64,000 bases of DNA. It comes from an uncultured Acidobacteriota bacterium (lineage in GTDB: Bacteria; Acidobacteriota; Vicinamibacteria; Vicinamibacterales; 2-12-FULL-66-21). The translations under genes and the position numbers were made by a program. The notes beneath the pieces were generated by a model. The model was not told the origin of the DNA, searched no databases, and saw only the letters and a list, made by a program, of their open reading frames with translations. Every line of letters begins with the position of its first letter. The stretch's first letter is position 1. The stretch spans positions 148,896-212,895 of the forward strand of contig CAVZMJ010000010.1 of NCBI GenBank assembly GCA_963776315.1, written 5' to 3'. Shown piece by piece: positions 9,479-17,988 of this stretch.

Positions 9479-9596
9479 CGCCGCGAGGATCGTGCCACGG
9501 GTCGCAGGAATTGAACGTTCCAGCGCCCTGGTGCTGGAGCAACACGACAGCTCACCGGCAAAGTGTCTTGAATTCAGACGCGCTCCGGACGTCCGT

Positions 9597-11273
9597 CTAC
9601 TTCCCAGGGCGTTCGGGGACACTCAAGGTTGACTGTCCCGGTTGAGTGTCCCCGAGGGCGCGCAAGACCGCCGGGTCGAGGGAATAGACGTCCTTGGCGA
9701 AGCGCAGATCGCCGGCGGCGCCGACCGAGACGGTCCAGTAGACGATGAGGACCGGTAGCGGCGTCTTGAGGAAGACAGTTTGCGACTGCGCGGAGTCGAC
9801 GGCTTCCTGAATGCGTGTCGCGTTCCAGTTGTCCTGTCCATCCAGCAACACGGCGGCCAGGTCGAGCGGCTGCTCGACGCGGATGCAGCCCGAGCTGAAG
9901 GTGCGCTGATCGGTCGCGAACAGCTCCCGGCTCGGCGTGTCGTGCAGAAAGATCGAGTACTGGTTGGGGAAGATGAACTTGACCCGCCCGAGCGCGTTGT
10001 CGGGTCCCGGTGGCTGACGGAGGGTGTAGCGGAAGTTGCCGGGCGTCGCGCTCTGCCAGTCGATCGACGCCGGATCCACGGCGCGCCCCTGTTGATCGAG
10101 AATCGTCAGACGCTTCTTTGCGATGGTGTTCTGCCCCTTGCGCATGCCGGCGAGCACGTCCTGCGCGAGGATCGTCGGCGGCACGGTCCAGTCGGGATTG
10201 AGCACCAGATACTTCATGTCGGCGCGGAACATCGGCGTTTGCCGCGCCTCGCGTCCGATCTGGGTCCGCCCTTCCCAGACGTTCTTGCGATCGCGGATGA
10301 GGTAAACCTTGAACGCGGGCAGGTTGACGAGCACGAACGAGTCGCTCAACCCCGAGACGATCCACCGCGCGCGCTCGAGGTTCACCCGGAGCTGCTGCAC
10401 CCGCACCTCGGCGCTGACGTTCATGGCATCGATCGTCGCCTTCCCGATGACCCCGTCGTCTGTGAGCCGATGATGGACCTGGAAGTCCTTGACGGCTGAC
10501 TCGAGCGCGGCGTCGTAGGCCGTGTCGTCGCCCGATGCCGCGCCCGCGAGCTCGCCGGTGACGCGGAGGCGCTTCCTGATCGCGCCGAGGCGCGGATCCG
10601 TCGCGCCAGGCTTGATCGCCGCCCCGGCCGCGACGGCCGGCCATCCTCCCGAACCGGCGACCGTGCGCATCCGTGCCAGCGCCTCCTTCAGACCGGTATA
10701 GATGAAGTGCGTCGGCTTCTGTGCTTCGATCCCGGTGTCGAGTGCCGGCGCCCGTGCGAGCTCGTCGAGGGCGACATCGAGTGCGGGCGCACCGATACGC
10801 GGGTCGACGTTCCAGCGCTTGTCGAGCGATGAGGGTCGCACGCGCCCGTACCGCACATCGTCGACGAGGACCGCGGCGGCGTCGGCGATGAGCACCTGGA
10901 GGTCGCCCGCGATCTCCGGTGACGGGGCCTTCGTGTAGGCGTCGAGTCCGGCCGTGATGGCGTCCAGGTGATAGTCAGCAGGCGTGAGGCCATCCTGCTC
11001 GACGTTGCGAACGGCCGCGAGCATCTGCTGCGCGCCGCCCGGAAGACGCCAGGCCGGCGCGAACGCGCGCGCTTCGAAGAATCGCGCGACCGCGTCGGGC
11101 TGGATCAGGCGAGTGCCGCGAACGCCCATCGCCGGCTGCAGCCTCACTTGCTCCACGCGCAGCCGGATGGTGTTCTCGACCGTCGGCGGCTGCGCGCCGG
11201 CCGGTCCATGTGCAGCCGGGAAGGAAAGAGCCAGGAAAATGAGGGTGAGAGCAAAGCGCCGATGTCTGGGCAT
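9597..11273 (-). CDS. L,D-transpeptidase (YcbB/LdtD-like, PG-binding plus YkuD domain)
   Basis: FLHDTPSRELFATDQRTFSSGCIRV YkuD active site. The start at ATG 11273 (MPRHRRFALTLIFLALSFPAAHG) gives a signal peptide. Confidence 0.85.
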   Translation of the reverse strand: MPRHRRFALTLIFLALSFPAAHGPAGAQPPTVENTIRLRVEQVRLQPAMGVRGTRLIQPDAVARFFEARAFAPAWRLPGGAQQMLAAVRNVEQDGLTPADYHLDAITAGLDAYTKAPSPEIAGDLQVLIADAAAVLVDDVRYGRVRPSSLDKRWNVDPRIGAPALDVALDELARAPALDTGIEAQKPTHFIYTGLKEALARMRTVAGSGGWPAVAAGAAIKPGATDPRLGAIRKRLRVTGELAGAASGDDTAYDAALESAVKDFQVHHRLTDDGVIGKATIDAMNVSAEVRVQQLRVNLERARWIVSGLSDSFVLVNLPAFKVYLIRDRKNVWEGRTQIGREARQTPMFRADMKYLVLNPDWTVPPTILAQDVLAGMRKGQNTIAKKRLTILDQQGRAVDPASIDWQSATPGNFRYTLRQPPGPDNALGRVKFIFPNQYSIFLHDTPSRELFATDQRTFSSGCIRVEQPLDLAAVLLDGQDNWNATRIQEAVDSAQSQTVFLKTPLPVLIVYWTVSVGAAGDLRFAKDVYSLDPAVLRALGDTQPGQSTLSVPERPGK

Positions 11274-11341
11274 TGATGGCGATGTGTCCTGGATGAATCT
11301 CCGATTGCGACCGCGCATACATTCTAAGCCCGTCCTCCATT

Positions 11342-13780
11342 TCATTCCGCTCGCAATGCGACGAGCGGATCGATCCGCGTGGCCCTCTGCGCCGGGATGC
11401 CTGCCGCCGTCGCGGCGACCAGCGCGAGCAGGCACGCAACGCCGATAAACGTCGGCCGGTCGAGCGGCACGACACCGAAGAGCAGAGCCTCGAGATAACT
11501 CGTCGTCGCTATGGCTCCCGCCACTCCGAGGATCAGGCCGGCGGCGGTGATGGCAAGGCTCCTGAAGAGGACGAGGCCCATGACGTGCGTCCGTTGAGCA
11601 CCGAGCGCCATCCTGATCCCGATTTCGAACTGCCGGCGGCTGACGGTGTACGACGTCACGCCGTACAGTCCGAGGCCTGCCAGCAGTAACGCCAGGCCGC
11701 CAAAGAGACCCGCCAGCCGAGCCACGAGTCGCTCCTGCGATACCGACGCGTCCACGTAGTCCTGCAGCGTCCTGAACGAGTACGACAGGCCGGGGTCGAC
11801 CGCGTCCAGTGCGGCCGACACCTGCTTTTGCAACAGTGCCGGCGGACCGGACGCGCTGCGGACACTGATCTGCACCTCCGTGCGCCCCGGCATGCCCGTT
11901 CCGGCGGATTGCGCCAGCGGGATGTAGAGCGTGGGCCGCGCCCCCCCACGCACAGTGGCGAAGACGGCGTCGCCGACGATGCCAACGATCGTCCTCTTCT
12001 CGGTGACTTCGCCGAGGGCGTTTCTATCGGGGAAGAACTTGCGCGCAAACGCCTGGTTGACGATCGCGCATCGCGCTGCGCTCGCGGAGTCCACGCTGCT
12101 GAAATCCCGGCCGGCGACGAGTCTGGTCCCATAGGTAGCGAACCAACCGGGCGCCACGACGCTCTCCACCCACTCGGCCTTCAACAGCAGTGGAGCCTGG
12201 CGCGCTCTGCTCAGCGGCGTGTCCATCGACGCGGCCGCATGCGCGACTCCGGGGACGCGGCTGACGGCCTCGGCGAGGCGCTCATAGAACGGGAGCCGCT
12301 CATCCGGGTCGATGCGTGCGCGCGCCGTGTCGACGGTGGCGACCAGCACACGGCCGCTGTCAAAACCCAACGGCACGTTCAACAGCCGTCCGAACGTGCG
12401 GACGAATAGACCCGCGGCTACGACGAGCATCAGTGAAAGGGCGATCTGGATGACGGTCAATCCGCTCGTCAGGCGGGCGCTGCCGCTCGTGCCGCGCGAG
12501 CCTCCAGGCCCGCGCAACGCCGAGAGCGGCTGGACGTTGGTCGCGCGAAACGCGGGGGCCGCGCCGAAGAGGAGGGCCGTGGCCACCGCGATCGCGATGG
12601 TAAAGCCGAGCACCCGCCAGTCGGGCCGGAGGTTGAATGTCACCTCGGTGTCGAACGCGGACAACTGCGACACAAGCGCGTGGCTTCCCCACGACGCCAG
12701 CAGCAGCCCGATTGCCGCGCCAGCGGCGGCGAGGAGAACGCTCTCGATCAGGAGCTGCGGAACGAGCTGCCAGCGCCCGGCGCCGAGCGCGATGCGGATG
12801 GCCATCTCGTGCCGGCGGCCCGCCGCGCGCGCCAGGAGCACGCACGCGACGTTGACGCAGGCGATGAGGAGCACGAGTCCCACGAGGACTTGCAGCGTCA
12901 GAAGCGGCCGTTCGTACTGAATGCGCATGCGCGAGAAGTCCGTGCCCGTCGGCGCCGCGACCGCCACGAACGGTTCTTTCAGGAACGGCGGGCGGACGTC
13001 GGACAAACGCTCGGGCGGCACGCCAAGCACCGCGGGTTGGATCGAACGGAGGACCGCGGTCGCCGACTCGAGCGACTGCCCGGGCTTCAGCCGTACGAGC
13101 ACAGCGAACGTGAAGGCGCGCCGCTCATCGATTGCGCTCCGCCTTCCGAGGATCAAGGGCTCGGTTCCGAGCGGTATCGCCACGTCGAACGCGCGGCCCA
13201 CCTCAATCCCGAGAAACTCCGGCGGCGTGACCCCGACAATCGTGAACGGCACGCCGTCGAGCGTCAGGTCTCTGCCGATTGTGTCGGCTGCGCCATCGAA
13301 CCGCTCCTGCCACAGCCGGTGGCTGATGACGGCCACCGGCCCATCCTTTCCACCGCCCCTCACGTCGTCTTCGACCGACAGCAGGCGGCCGACGCGTGGT
13401 TGAATGCCGAGCGTGGTGAAGAACCTCCCGCTGACGAGCAGCGTGCGGGCAGGGTCCCTCTCTCCGCTCCGCGCGAAGTTGAATGTGGACCCTGACCACA
13501 TGAGCACGCCGTCAAAGATCGGCGGCAGCTGCAGCAACCGGGTCCACATCTCGTAGTTCCACCCGACGCCGGCCTTGAACCCGTGCGCCAGCGCATAGTC
13601 GGACGAGATCGTCACCAGCCGTCCGGGCTCTGGCACCGGCAGGGTCCGGAGGAGCAGGCTGTTGACGACGCTGAAGATGGCGGTGTTGGCGCCGATCGCG
13701 AGCGCAAGCGTGAAGACGACGATGGCGGACACGGCCGGCGTCGATCGAAGCGCACGGATAGCCATTCGGAGCATGTGCAT
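11342..13780 (-). CDS. ADOP family duplicated permease (MacB/FtsX-like)
   Basis: 812 aa with N-terminus MAIRALRSTPAVSAIVVFTLALAIGANTAIFSVVNSLLLRTLPVPEPGRLV and two FtsX-type membrane modules. Confidence 0.9.
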   Translation of the reverse strand: MHMLRMAIRALRSTPAVSAIVVFTLALAIGANTAIFSVVNSLLLRTLPVPEPGRLVTISSDYALAHGFKAGVGWNYEMWTRLLQLPPIFDGVLMWSGSTFNFARSGERDPARTLLVSGRFFTTLGIQPRVGRLLSVEDDVRGGGKDGPVAVISHRLWQERFDGAADTIGRDLTLDGVPFTIVGVTPPEFLGIEVGRAFDVAIPLGTEPLILGRRSAIDERRAFTFAVLVRLKPGQSLESATAVLRSIQPAVLGVPPERLSDVRPPFLKEPFVAVAAPTGTDFSRMRIQYERPLLTLQVLVGLVLLIACVNVACVLLARAAGRRHEMAIRIALGAGRWQLVPQLLIESVLLAAAGAAIGLLLASWGSHALVSQLSAFDTEVTFNLRPDWRVLGFTIAIAVATALLFGAAPAFRATNVQPLSALRGPGGSRGTSGSARLTSGLTVIQIALSLMLVVAAGLFVRTFGRLLNVPLGFDSGRVLVATVDTARARIDPDERLPFYERLAEAVSRVPGVAHAAASMDTPLSRARQAPLLLKAEWVESVVAPGWFATYGTRLVAGRDFSSVDSASAARCAIVNQAFARKFFPDRNALGEVTEKRTIVGIVGDAVFATVRGGARPTLYIPLAQSAGTGMPGRTEVQISVRSASGPPALLQKQVSAALDAVDPGLSYSFRTLQDYVDASVSQERLVARLAGLFGGLALLLAGLGLYGVTSYTVSRRQFEIGIRMALGAQRTHVMGLVLFRSLAITAAGLILGVAGAIATTSYLEALLFGVVPLDRPTFIGVACLLALVAATAAGIPAQRATRIDPLVALRAE

Positions 13781-13830
13781 GAGCTCCTCCGAGCGTGTGA
13801 TTGTTGAGCGTCCGGAATTGCAGGGGAGCG

Positions 13831-13935
13831 TCAGCTGAACCAGCGATACCAGCCCACGAGGCAGAGAAACGCGCCGAGGATGGCGATCATGAGCTTCACG
13901 CCGAGTGACAGGCGGTCAGGTGAATTGGTGGCCAT
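13831..13935 (-). CDS. Small hydrophobic peptide (34 aa), hypothetical
   Basis: Own translation: MATNSPDRLSLGVKLMIAILGAFLCLVGWYRWFS. AAGGAGG lies 5 nt upstream of the ATG. Below the track size cutoff. Confidence 0.45.
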   Translation of the reverse strand: MATNSPDRLSLGVKLMIAILGAFLCLVGWYRWFS

Positions 13936-14002
13936 GGCGGTCCTCCTTCGTTAACGCTGAGATCTCAAACAGAGAGGCTGGGTGATTCCGGCCCCGTGTC
14001 CG

Positions 14003-14105
14003 CATTTCTCAATGCTCGTGGGGCCCCACCCCCACTCGCTCTCGCGCGGCGACTTCCGCCGTCGCTGCAGCTTCGGCGGACCGCCGTAGCCTTGGCGGAG
14101 GCTGG
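14003..14105. repeat. REP-like dispersed repeat (GGGGCCCCACCCCCACTCGCTCTC family plus GCTWCGGCGGWCCGCCGWAGC unit)
   Basis: gcatttctcaatgctcgtggggccccacccccactcgctctcgcgcggcgac is nearly identical to the reverse complement of 46674-46727 and similar to 17812-17870. The unit at 14070-14105 matches 44990-45024. Confidence 0.6.
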
Positions 14106-14139
14106 TCGCGCCGCGCTCGGGCGCAGGCGCTGCTGTCAG

Positions 14140-15072
14140 CTACTCCGGTTTCGGCGGCTGATCGTTGCCGCCGGTCAGCGTCGCCTGCCGCATCGCCGCG
14201 GCGCCGAGCATGCCGCCCATCCCCATCGACTCCACGGCGCTGCTCGGGATGAGCATGAGCGCGCCCTTTTCCTTCAGGCCCTCGTAGAGCATGTTCATGG
14301 CGCGCAAGTGCAGTGCCGTCGGGTTGTCGTGGTACGACTTGGCGGCTTCCTGGAAGGAGTGCGCGATCTCCATTTCGGCCTGGCCCAGGATGATGCGCGC
14401 CTGCTTCTCGCGCTCGGCTTGCGCCTGCCGCGACATCGCGTCCTGCAGCGCACCGGGGATCACGATGTCCCGCATTTCGACCGACGAGACGGTGACGCCC
14501 CAGGGGTTCGAGCGCACGTCGATCAGCTGCTGGAGCTCGGCTTCGATCTGTTCACGGCCGCGGAGGAGATCGGCGAGCGTCGTGCGGCCGATGATGTCGC
14601 GCAGCGCGGTCTGGGCCGCCCAGCTTACCGCCTGCGAGTAGTCCTGCACTTCGAGCGCCGCCCGCTGCACGTCGTGCACCATCCAGAAGAGCACCGCGTC
14701 GACGTTCACCGGGACGGTGTCCGAGGTCAGCGTCTGCTCGGCGGCGAAGCTCGTGGTGATGGTCCGCTGATCGATCCACGCGGTGACCCGGTCGACGAAG
14801 GGCACGAGCCAGAAGAGGCCGGGCCCGCGCAGGCCGACGAAGCGGCCGAGCCGGAGCACGACCGCCCGCTCCCATTGCTGGGCGACGCGAGGCGCCTGCA
14901 TCAGCACCAGGCCGCCCGCGAGGATGGCGATGGGCAGGACCAGGCTGCCCGTGACCCGCCATTCGTACATCCCCAGCCCGGCCGATGCGATTAAGATCGC
15001 GATGGCCACGAAGTTGACGCGTGGGACGCCGACGCCGGGGCCGTCCGAAACCGCAAAGATGACGGGAGCCAT
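14140..15072 (-). CDS. SPFH/Band 7 (stomatin-like, slipin) membrane protein
   Basis: QWERAVVLRLGRFVGLRGPGLFWLVPFVDRV...TLTSDTVPVNVDAVLFW... is a canonical SPFH core. Confidence 0.9.
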   Translation of the reverse strand: MAPVIFAVSDGPGVGVPRVNFVAIAILIASAGLGMYEWRVTGSLVLPIAILAGGLVLMQAPRVAQQWERAVVLRLGRFVGLRGPGLFWLVPFVDRVTAWIDQRTITTSFAAEQTLTSDTVPVNVDAVLFWMVHDVQRAALEVQDYSQAVSWAAQTALRDIIGRTTLADLLRGREQIEAELQQLIDVRSNPWGVTVSSVEMRDIVIPGALQDAMSRQAQAEREKQARIILGQAEMEIAHSFQEAAKSYHDNPTALHLRAMNMLYEGLKEKGALMLIPSSAVESMGMGGMLGAAAMRQATLTGGNDQPPKPE

Positions 15073-15467
15073 CAGGCTTCTCCTCCTGTGTGTTCTCGTT
15101 TGTGTAGGTCGAGGGCGGCGACCAGATCGTCGAACGTGAACCCGGCCGCGTCGGCGTCCGCCAGCACGCGCGTGACGAACGCGCGAAGCCGCCGATCGCG
15201 CTCGCGCGGCGGGTGCGCCTGGGTCGGGGTGGCGGTGACAAACGATCCAACGCCGCGCCGGGTCTCGATCACGCCGGCACGCTCGAGCTCGCCGTACACC
15301 CGCGCAACGGTGTTGGCGTTCACGCTCAACTCCACCGCCAGCTGGCGCACCGTCGGCAGCTGATCACCGGGGCGCAGGCGGCTCGTGGCAATCGCCGCCC
15401 GCAGTCCGCGCTCGAGCTGCGCGTAGATCGGCGTCGCGTCTCGCGGGTCGATGGATACGATATCCAT
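15072..15467 (-). CDS. GntR family transcriptional regulator (short YtrA-like)
   Basis: PIYAQLERGLRAAIATSRLRPGDQLPTVRQLAVELSVNANTVARVYGELERAGVIETRRGVGSFV. The stop overlaps the SPFH start. Confidence 0.9.
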   Translation of the reverse strand: MDIVSIDPRDATPIYAQLERGLRAAIATSRLRPGDQLPTVRQLAVELSVNANTVARVYGELERAGVIETRRGVGSFVTATPTQAHPPRERDRRLRAFVTRVLADADAAGFTFDDLVAALDLHKREHTGGEA

Positions 15468-15473
15468 GTGAAC

Positions 15474-15497
15474 TATTGTACTAGTTCATTAATACAA
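15474..15497. promoter_or_regulatory. Candidate GntR operator (ATTGTA-N12-TACAAT)
   Basis: Inverted hexamers immediately upstream of the GntR start, in an AT-rich patch. Confidence 0.3.
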
Positions 15498-15626
15498 TGT
15501 CAAACCATTGGGACAAGTAACCGTCCGGAGCCTCCGGCACGTGATACAAGACCTGGAGAGGATTCCACGGTCGCCGGATGACGCGGCTTGTACGCTTTAC
15601 CGTTTGCGAACGTTTTCGGAGGACTG

Positions 15627-17087
15627 ATGATCGACCGACTTTGGTATCGCTCTCTCGCGCTGGGCCTCGTACTCGGCGTCGTCGTACCCGGACCAGCTGC
15701 GGCACAGGACGCGCCGCTCAACCTCGCCGAGCTGCTGCCTGACCTCATCCTTCGCGAAATCACGTTGCCCCGGCCGGTTACGGCCGGCTTGTCGCACGTG
15801 GCGCACTTCAGTCCGATCGACGCCGACGAGCTGGACAACCCGGCCGTCGACGTGGTTCGCAGCTTCAACACGCTGATGTTGATGCAGCTCTCGTCATTTC
15901 CGTTGGGGTCGCCGGCCGGCGGTTTCACCTACAAGTTCGACGAAACACTGGGCACGTTCCGGCGGTCGACACCCAGCTTCGGCCCCGTGTTTGCCGAGCG
16001 CGCCGTGACGATGGGCCGGAACCGGTTCAACGCGGGCTTCTCGTATCAGCACACGACATACCAGACCTTCGAAGGCCAGAACCTCGACGGCGGCGCGATC
16101 AAGTTCTACCTCCGCCACGAGGAATGCTGCTCGTCGGGCACTGGCGGCGGCACAGGGGGCGGCGGCGGGGGTAGCGGTGGCGGCGGCGGGCCCGTCGTGA
16201 CGCCGAATGACACGCGGTTCGACCCGCCGTTCGAAGGGGACCTCATCGAGGCGGCGCTCTCGATGAAGACCAGTACGGACACCGCCGTGTTCTCGTTGAA
16301 CTACGGCCTGACCGATCGCTGGGACGTCGGCCTGCTCGTCCCGCTCGTGCACGTCAAGATCGAGGCCGATGTCCAGGCGACCATCATGCGCCTCTCGACG
16401 GCCAACGATCCGCTCACGCACACGTTCGAGGCAGGCAACGCCGCGGCGACGCAGAAGAGCTTCCATGAAGGCGGCTCCGCGACGGGCGTCGGCGACGTCG
16501 TCGTGCGATCGCAGTACCGCTTTCTGGATTTCGCCGGCGGCGGCGTGGCGGGCGGCATCGACGTGCGGATGCCGACAGGCGATCAGAACAATTTGCTCGG
16601 CGCCGGTGGCCAGACCAAGATGTTCGCGATCGTGTCGGGCGGGAACGGCCGGTTCATGCAGCACGCCAACTTCGGCTATACCGCGACCTGGGGCTCGGTG
16701 CCGAACGTGGGCGTGCTCGCCACGCTCGGCGACGAATCGGCGTTGCCCGACGAGCTCAACTACGCGGCCGGCCTCGAGTTCGTCGTGGAGTCGCGGCTGA
16801 CGATTGTCGGCGACGTTCTCGGTCGGACGCTTCGCGACGCAGGCCGGCTGGAGGTCGTCAGCAAGCCGTTCCAGTACGTGACACGGAACGGCGGACCGGT
16901 TCAGGTCGTCAACTTTGACGAGTTCGACCCACGGCCGGGAAACCTGAACCTGACGCTCGGGACTATCGGCGCGAAATACAATCCGACGGGCAACCTGCTC
17001 ATTTCGGCCAGCGTTCTCTTCCCGATCAGCTCGTCTGGGCTCAAGAGCCGGGTGACGCCGGTTATCGGGGTTGACTACGCGTTCTAG
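15627..17087 (+). CDS. Outer-membrane beta-barrel protein, family not recognised
   Basis: GGAGG lies 4 nt before the ATG at 15627. Signal peptide ...PGPAAAQ, alternating beta-strand pattern and a terminal ...VIGVDYAF. Contains EECCSSGTGGGTGGGGGGSGGGGG. Confidence 0.65.
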   Translation: MIDRLWYRSLALGLVLGVVVPGPAAAQDAPLNLAELLPDLILREITLPRPVTAGLSHVAHFSPIDADELDNPAVDVVRSFNTLMLMQLSSFPLGSPAGGFTYKFDETLGTFRRSTPSFGPVFAERAVTMGRNRFNAGFSYQHTTYQTFEGQNLDGGAIKFYLRHEECCSSGTGGGTGGGGGGSGGGGGPVVTPNDTRFDPPFEGDLIEAALSMKTSTDTAVFSLNYGLTDRWDVGLLVPLVHVKIEADVQATIMRLSTANDPLTHTFEAGNAAATQKSFHEGGSATGVGDVVVRSQYRFLDFAGGGVAGGIDVRMPTGDQNNLLGAGGQTKMFAIVSGGNGRFMQHANFGYTATWGSVPNVGVLATLGDESALPDELNYAAGLEFVVESRLTIVGDVLGRTLRDAGRLEVVSKPFQYVTRNGGPVQVVNFDEFDPRPGNLNLTLGTIGAKYNPTGNLLISASVLFPISSSGLKSRVTPVIGVDYAF

Positions 17088-17232
17088 CGGCTCGCTGCTG
17101 GCTGCTCGCTGCTCGCTGCTCGCTGCTCGCTGCTGCTAATTAGCAACCGCTAGCCGCTAGCCGCCAGCCGCTAACTGCTAGCTGCCAGCTGCTGCTACTT
17201 AGCAACCGCTCGCCGCGAGTCGCGAGCCGCGA
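17088..17232. repeat. Heptamer tandem arrays (GCTGCTC)n followed by (GCTAGCC/GCCAGCC)n
   Basis: Strict 7 nt periodicity. Two direct copies of gctgctaNttagcaaccgct, each containing the palindrome gctaattagc or a variant. Fills the gap between convergent genes. Confidence 0.7.
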
Positions 17233-17233
17233 A

Positions 17234-17809
17234 CTATGCTCTTCCCGCGAACTCGCGCGTCTCCGTGTGCACCTTGACCTTCTCGCCGTCCTTGATGAAA
17301 AGCGGCACACGAATCTGGAGTCCGGTTTCGAGCGTGGCGACTTTGGTGACGCTGCCGCTCGCCGTGTCTCCGCGGGCGCCGGGCTCGGATGACGTAACCG
17401 TCAGCAGGACATGGGGTGGAAACTGAAGGCCGATGGCGTTGCCGTTGTACTTCTGGATCTGCACGAGGACGTTGTCGACGAGGAGGAGCCGGTCGTCGCC
17501 GACCATGGCGGCATTGAGCGAGACGGTTTCAAACGTCTCCTGGTCCATGAAGTGATAGCCGTCGCCCCCCGAATACAGGAACGTTGCGTCTACCGTGGCG
17601 AGATCGGGCTCCTTGAACTTCTCGCCGGCCTTGAAGGTCTTGTCGAACACCGCGCGCGTCAGCAGGTTGCGCATCTTGAGGCGAACGAGCGTCTGCCCTC
17701 CGCGCGCCGTGGGCTTCGAGACTTCGACGTCGATGCAGTGATACGGCGCGTCCTCGAACTCGAAGAACATCTTGCGCTTGATCTCGATTGCTTCAATCAG
17801 GCTGGCCAT
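17234..17809 (-). CDS. yeiP: Elongation factor P-like protein (YeiP/EfpL type)
   Basis: MASLIEAIEIKRKM...VSKPTARGGQTLVRLKMRN...VHTETREFAGRA parallels E. coli YeiP (SPTARGAATLYKMRF ... IHIEERRYMGRAD), recalled from memory. Confidence 0.8.
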   Translation of the reverse strand: MASLIEAIEIKRKMFFEFEDAPYHCIDVEVSKPTARGGQTLVRLKMRNLLTRAVFDKTFKAGEKFKEPDLATVDATFLYSGGDGYHFMDQETFETVSLNAAMVGDDRLLLVDNVLVQIQKYNGNAIGLQFPPHVLLTVTSSEPGARGDTASGSVTKVATLETGLQIRVPLFIKDGEKVKVHTETREFAGRA

Positions 17810-17811
17810 AA

Positions 17812-17890
17812 CATTTTTCAGCGCTCGCGGGGCCCCACCCCCACTCGCTCTCACTCGGCGTCTTCGCGCCTCGCTCGGGCCGCGGGCGCC
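17812..17890. repeat. REP-like repeat copy abutting the efp-like start codon
   Basis: tcagcgctcgcggggccccacccccactcgctctcactcggcg; same family as 14003 and 46674. Confidence 0.55.
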
Positions 17891-17988
17891 CTATTCTAGT
17901 CCACAGCCGCGTTGAGCCTCCAGCCCGCACCTACCCCGATCGGGTGAAGATCCCTGAACTGATTCTGAGGTACGTTTAGCCAAGAACC

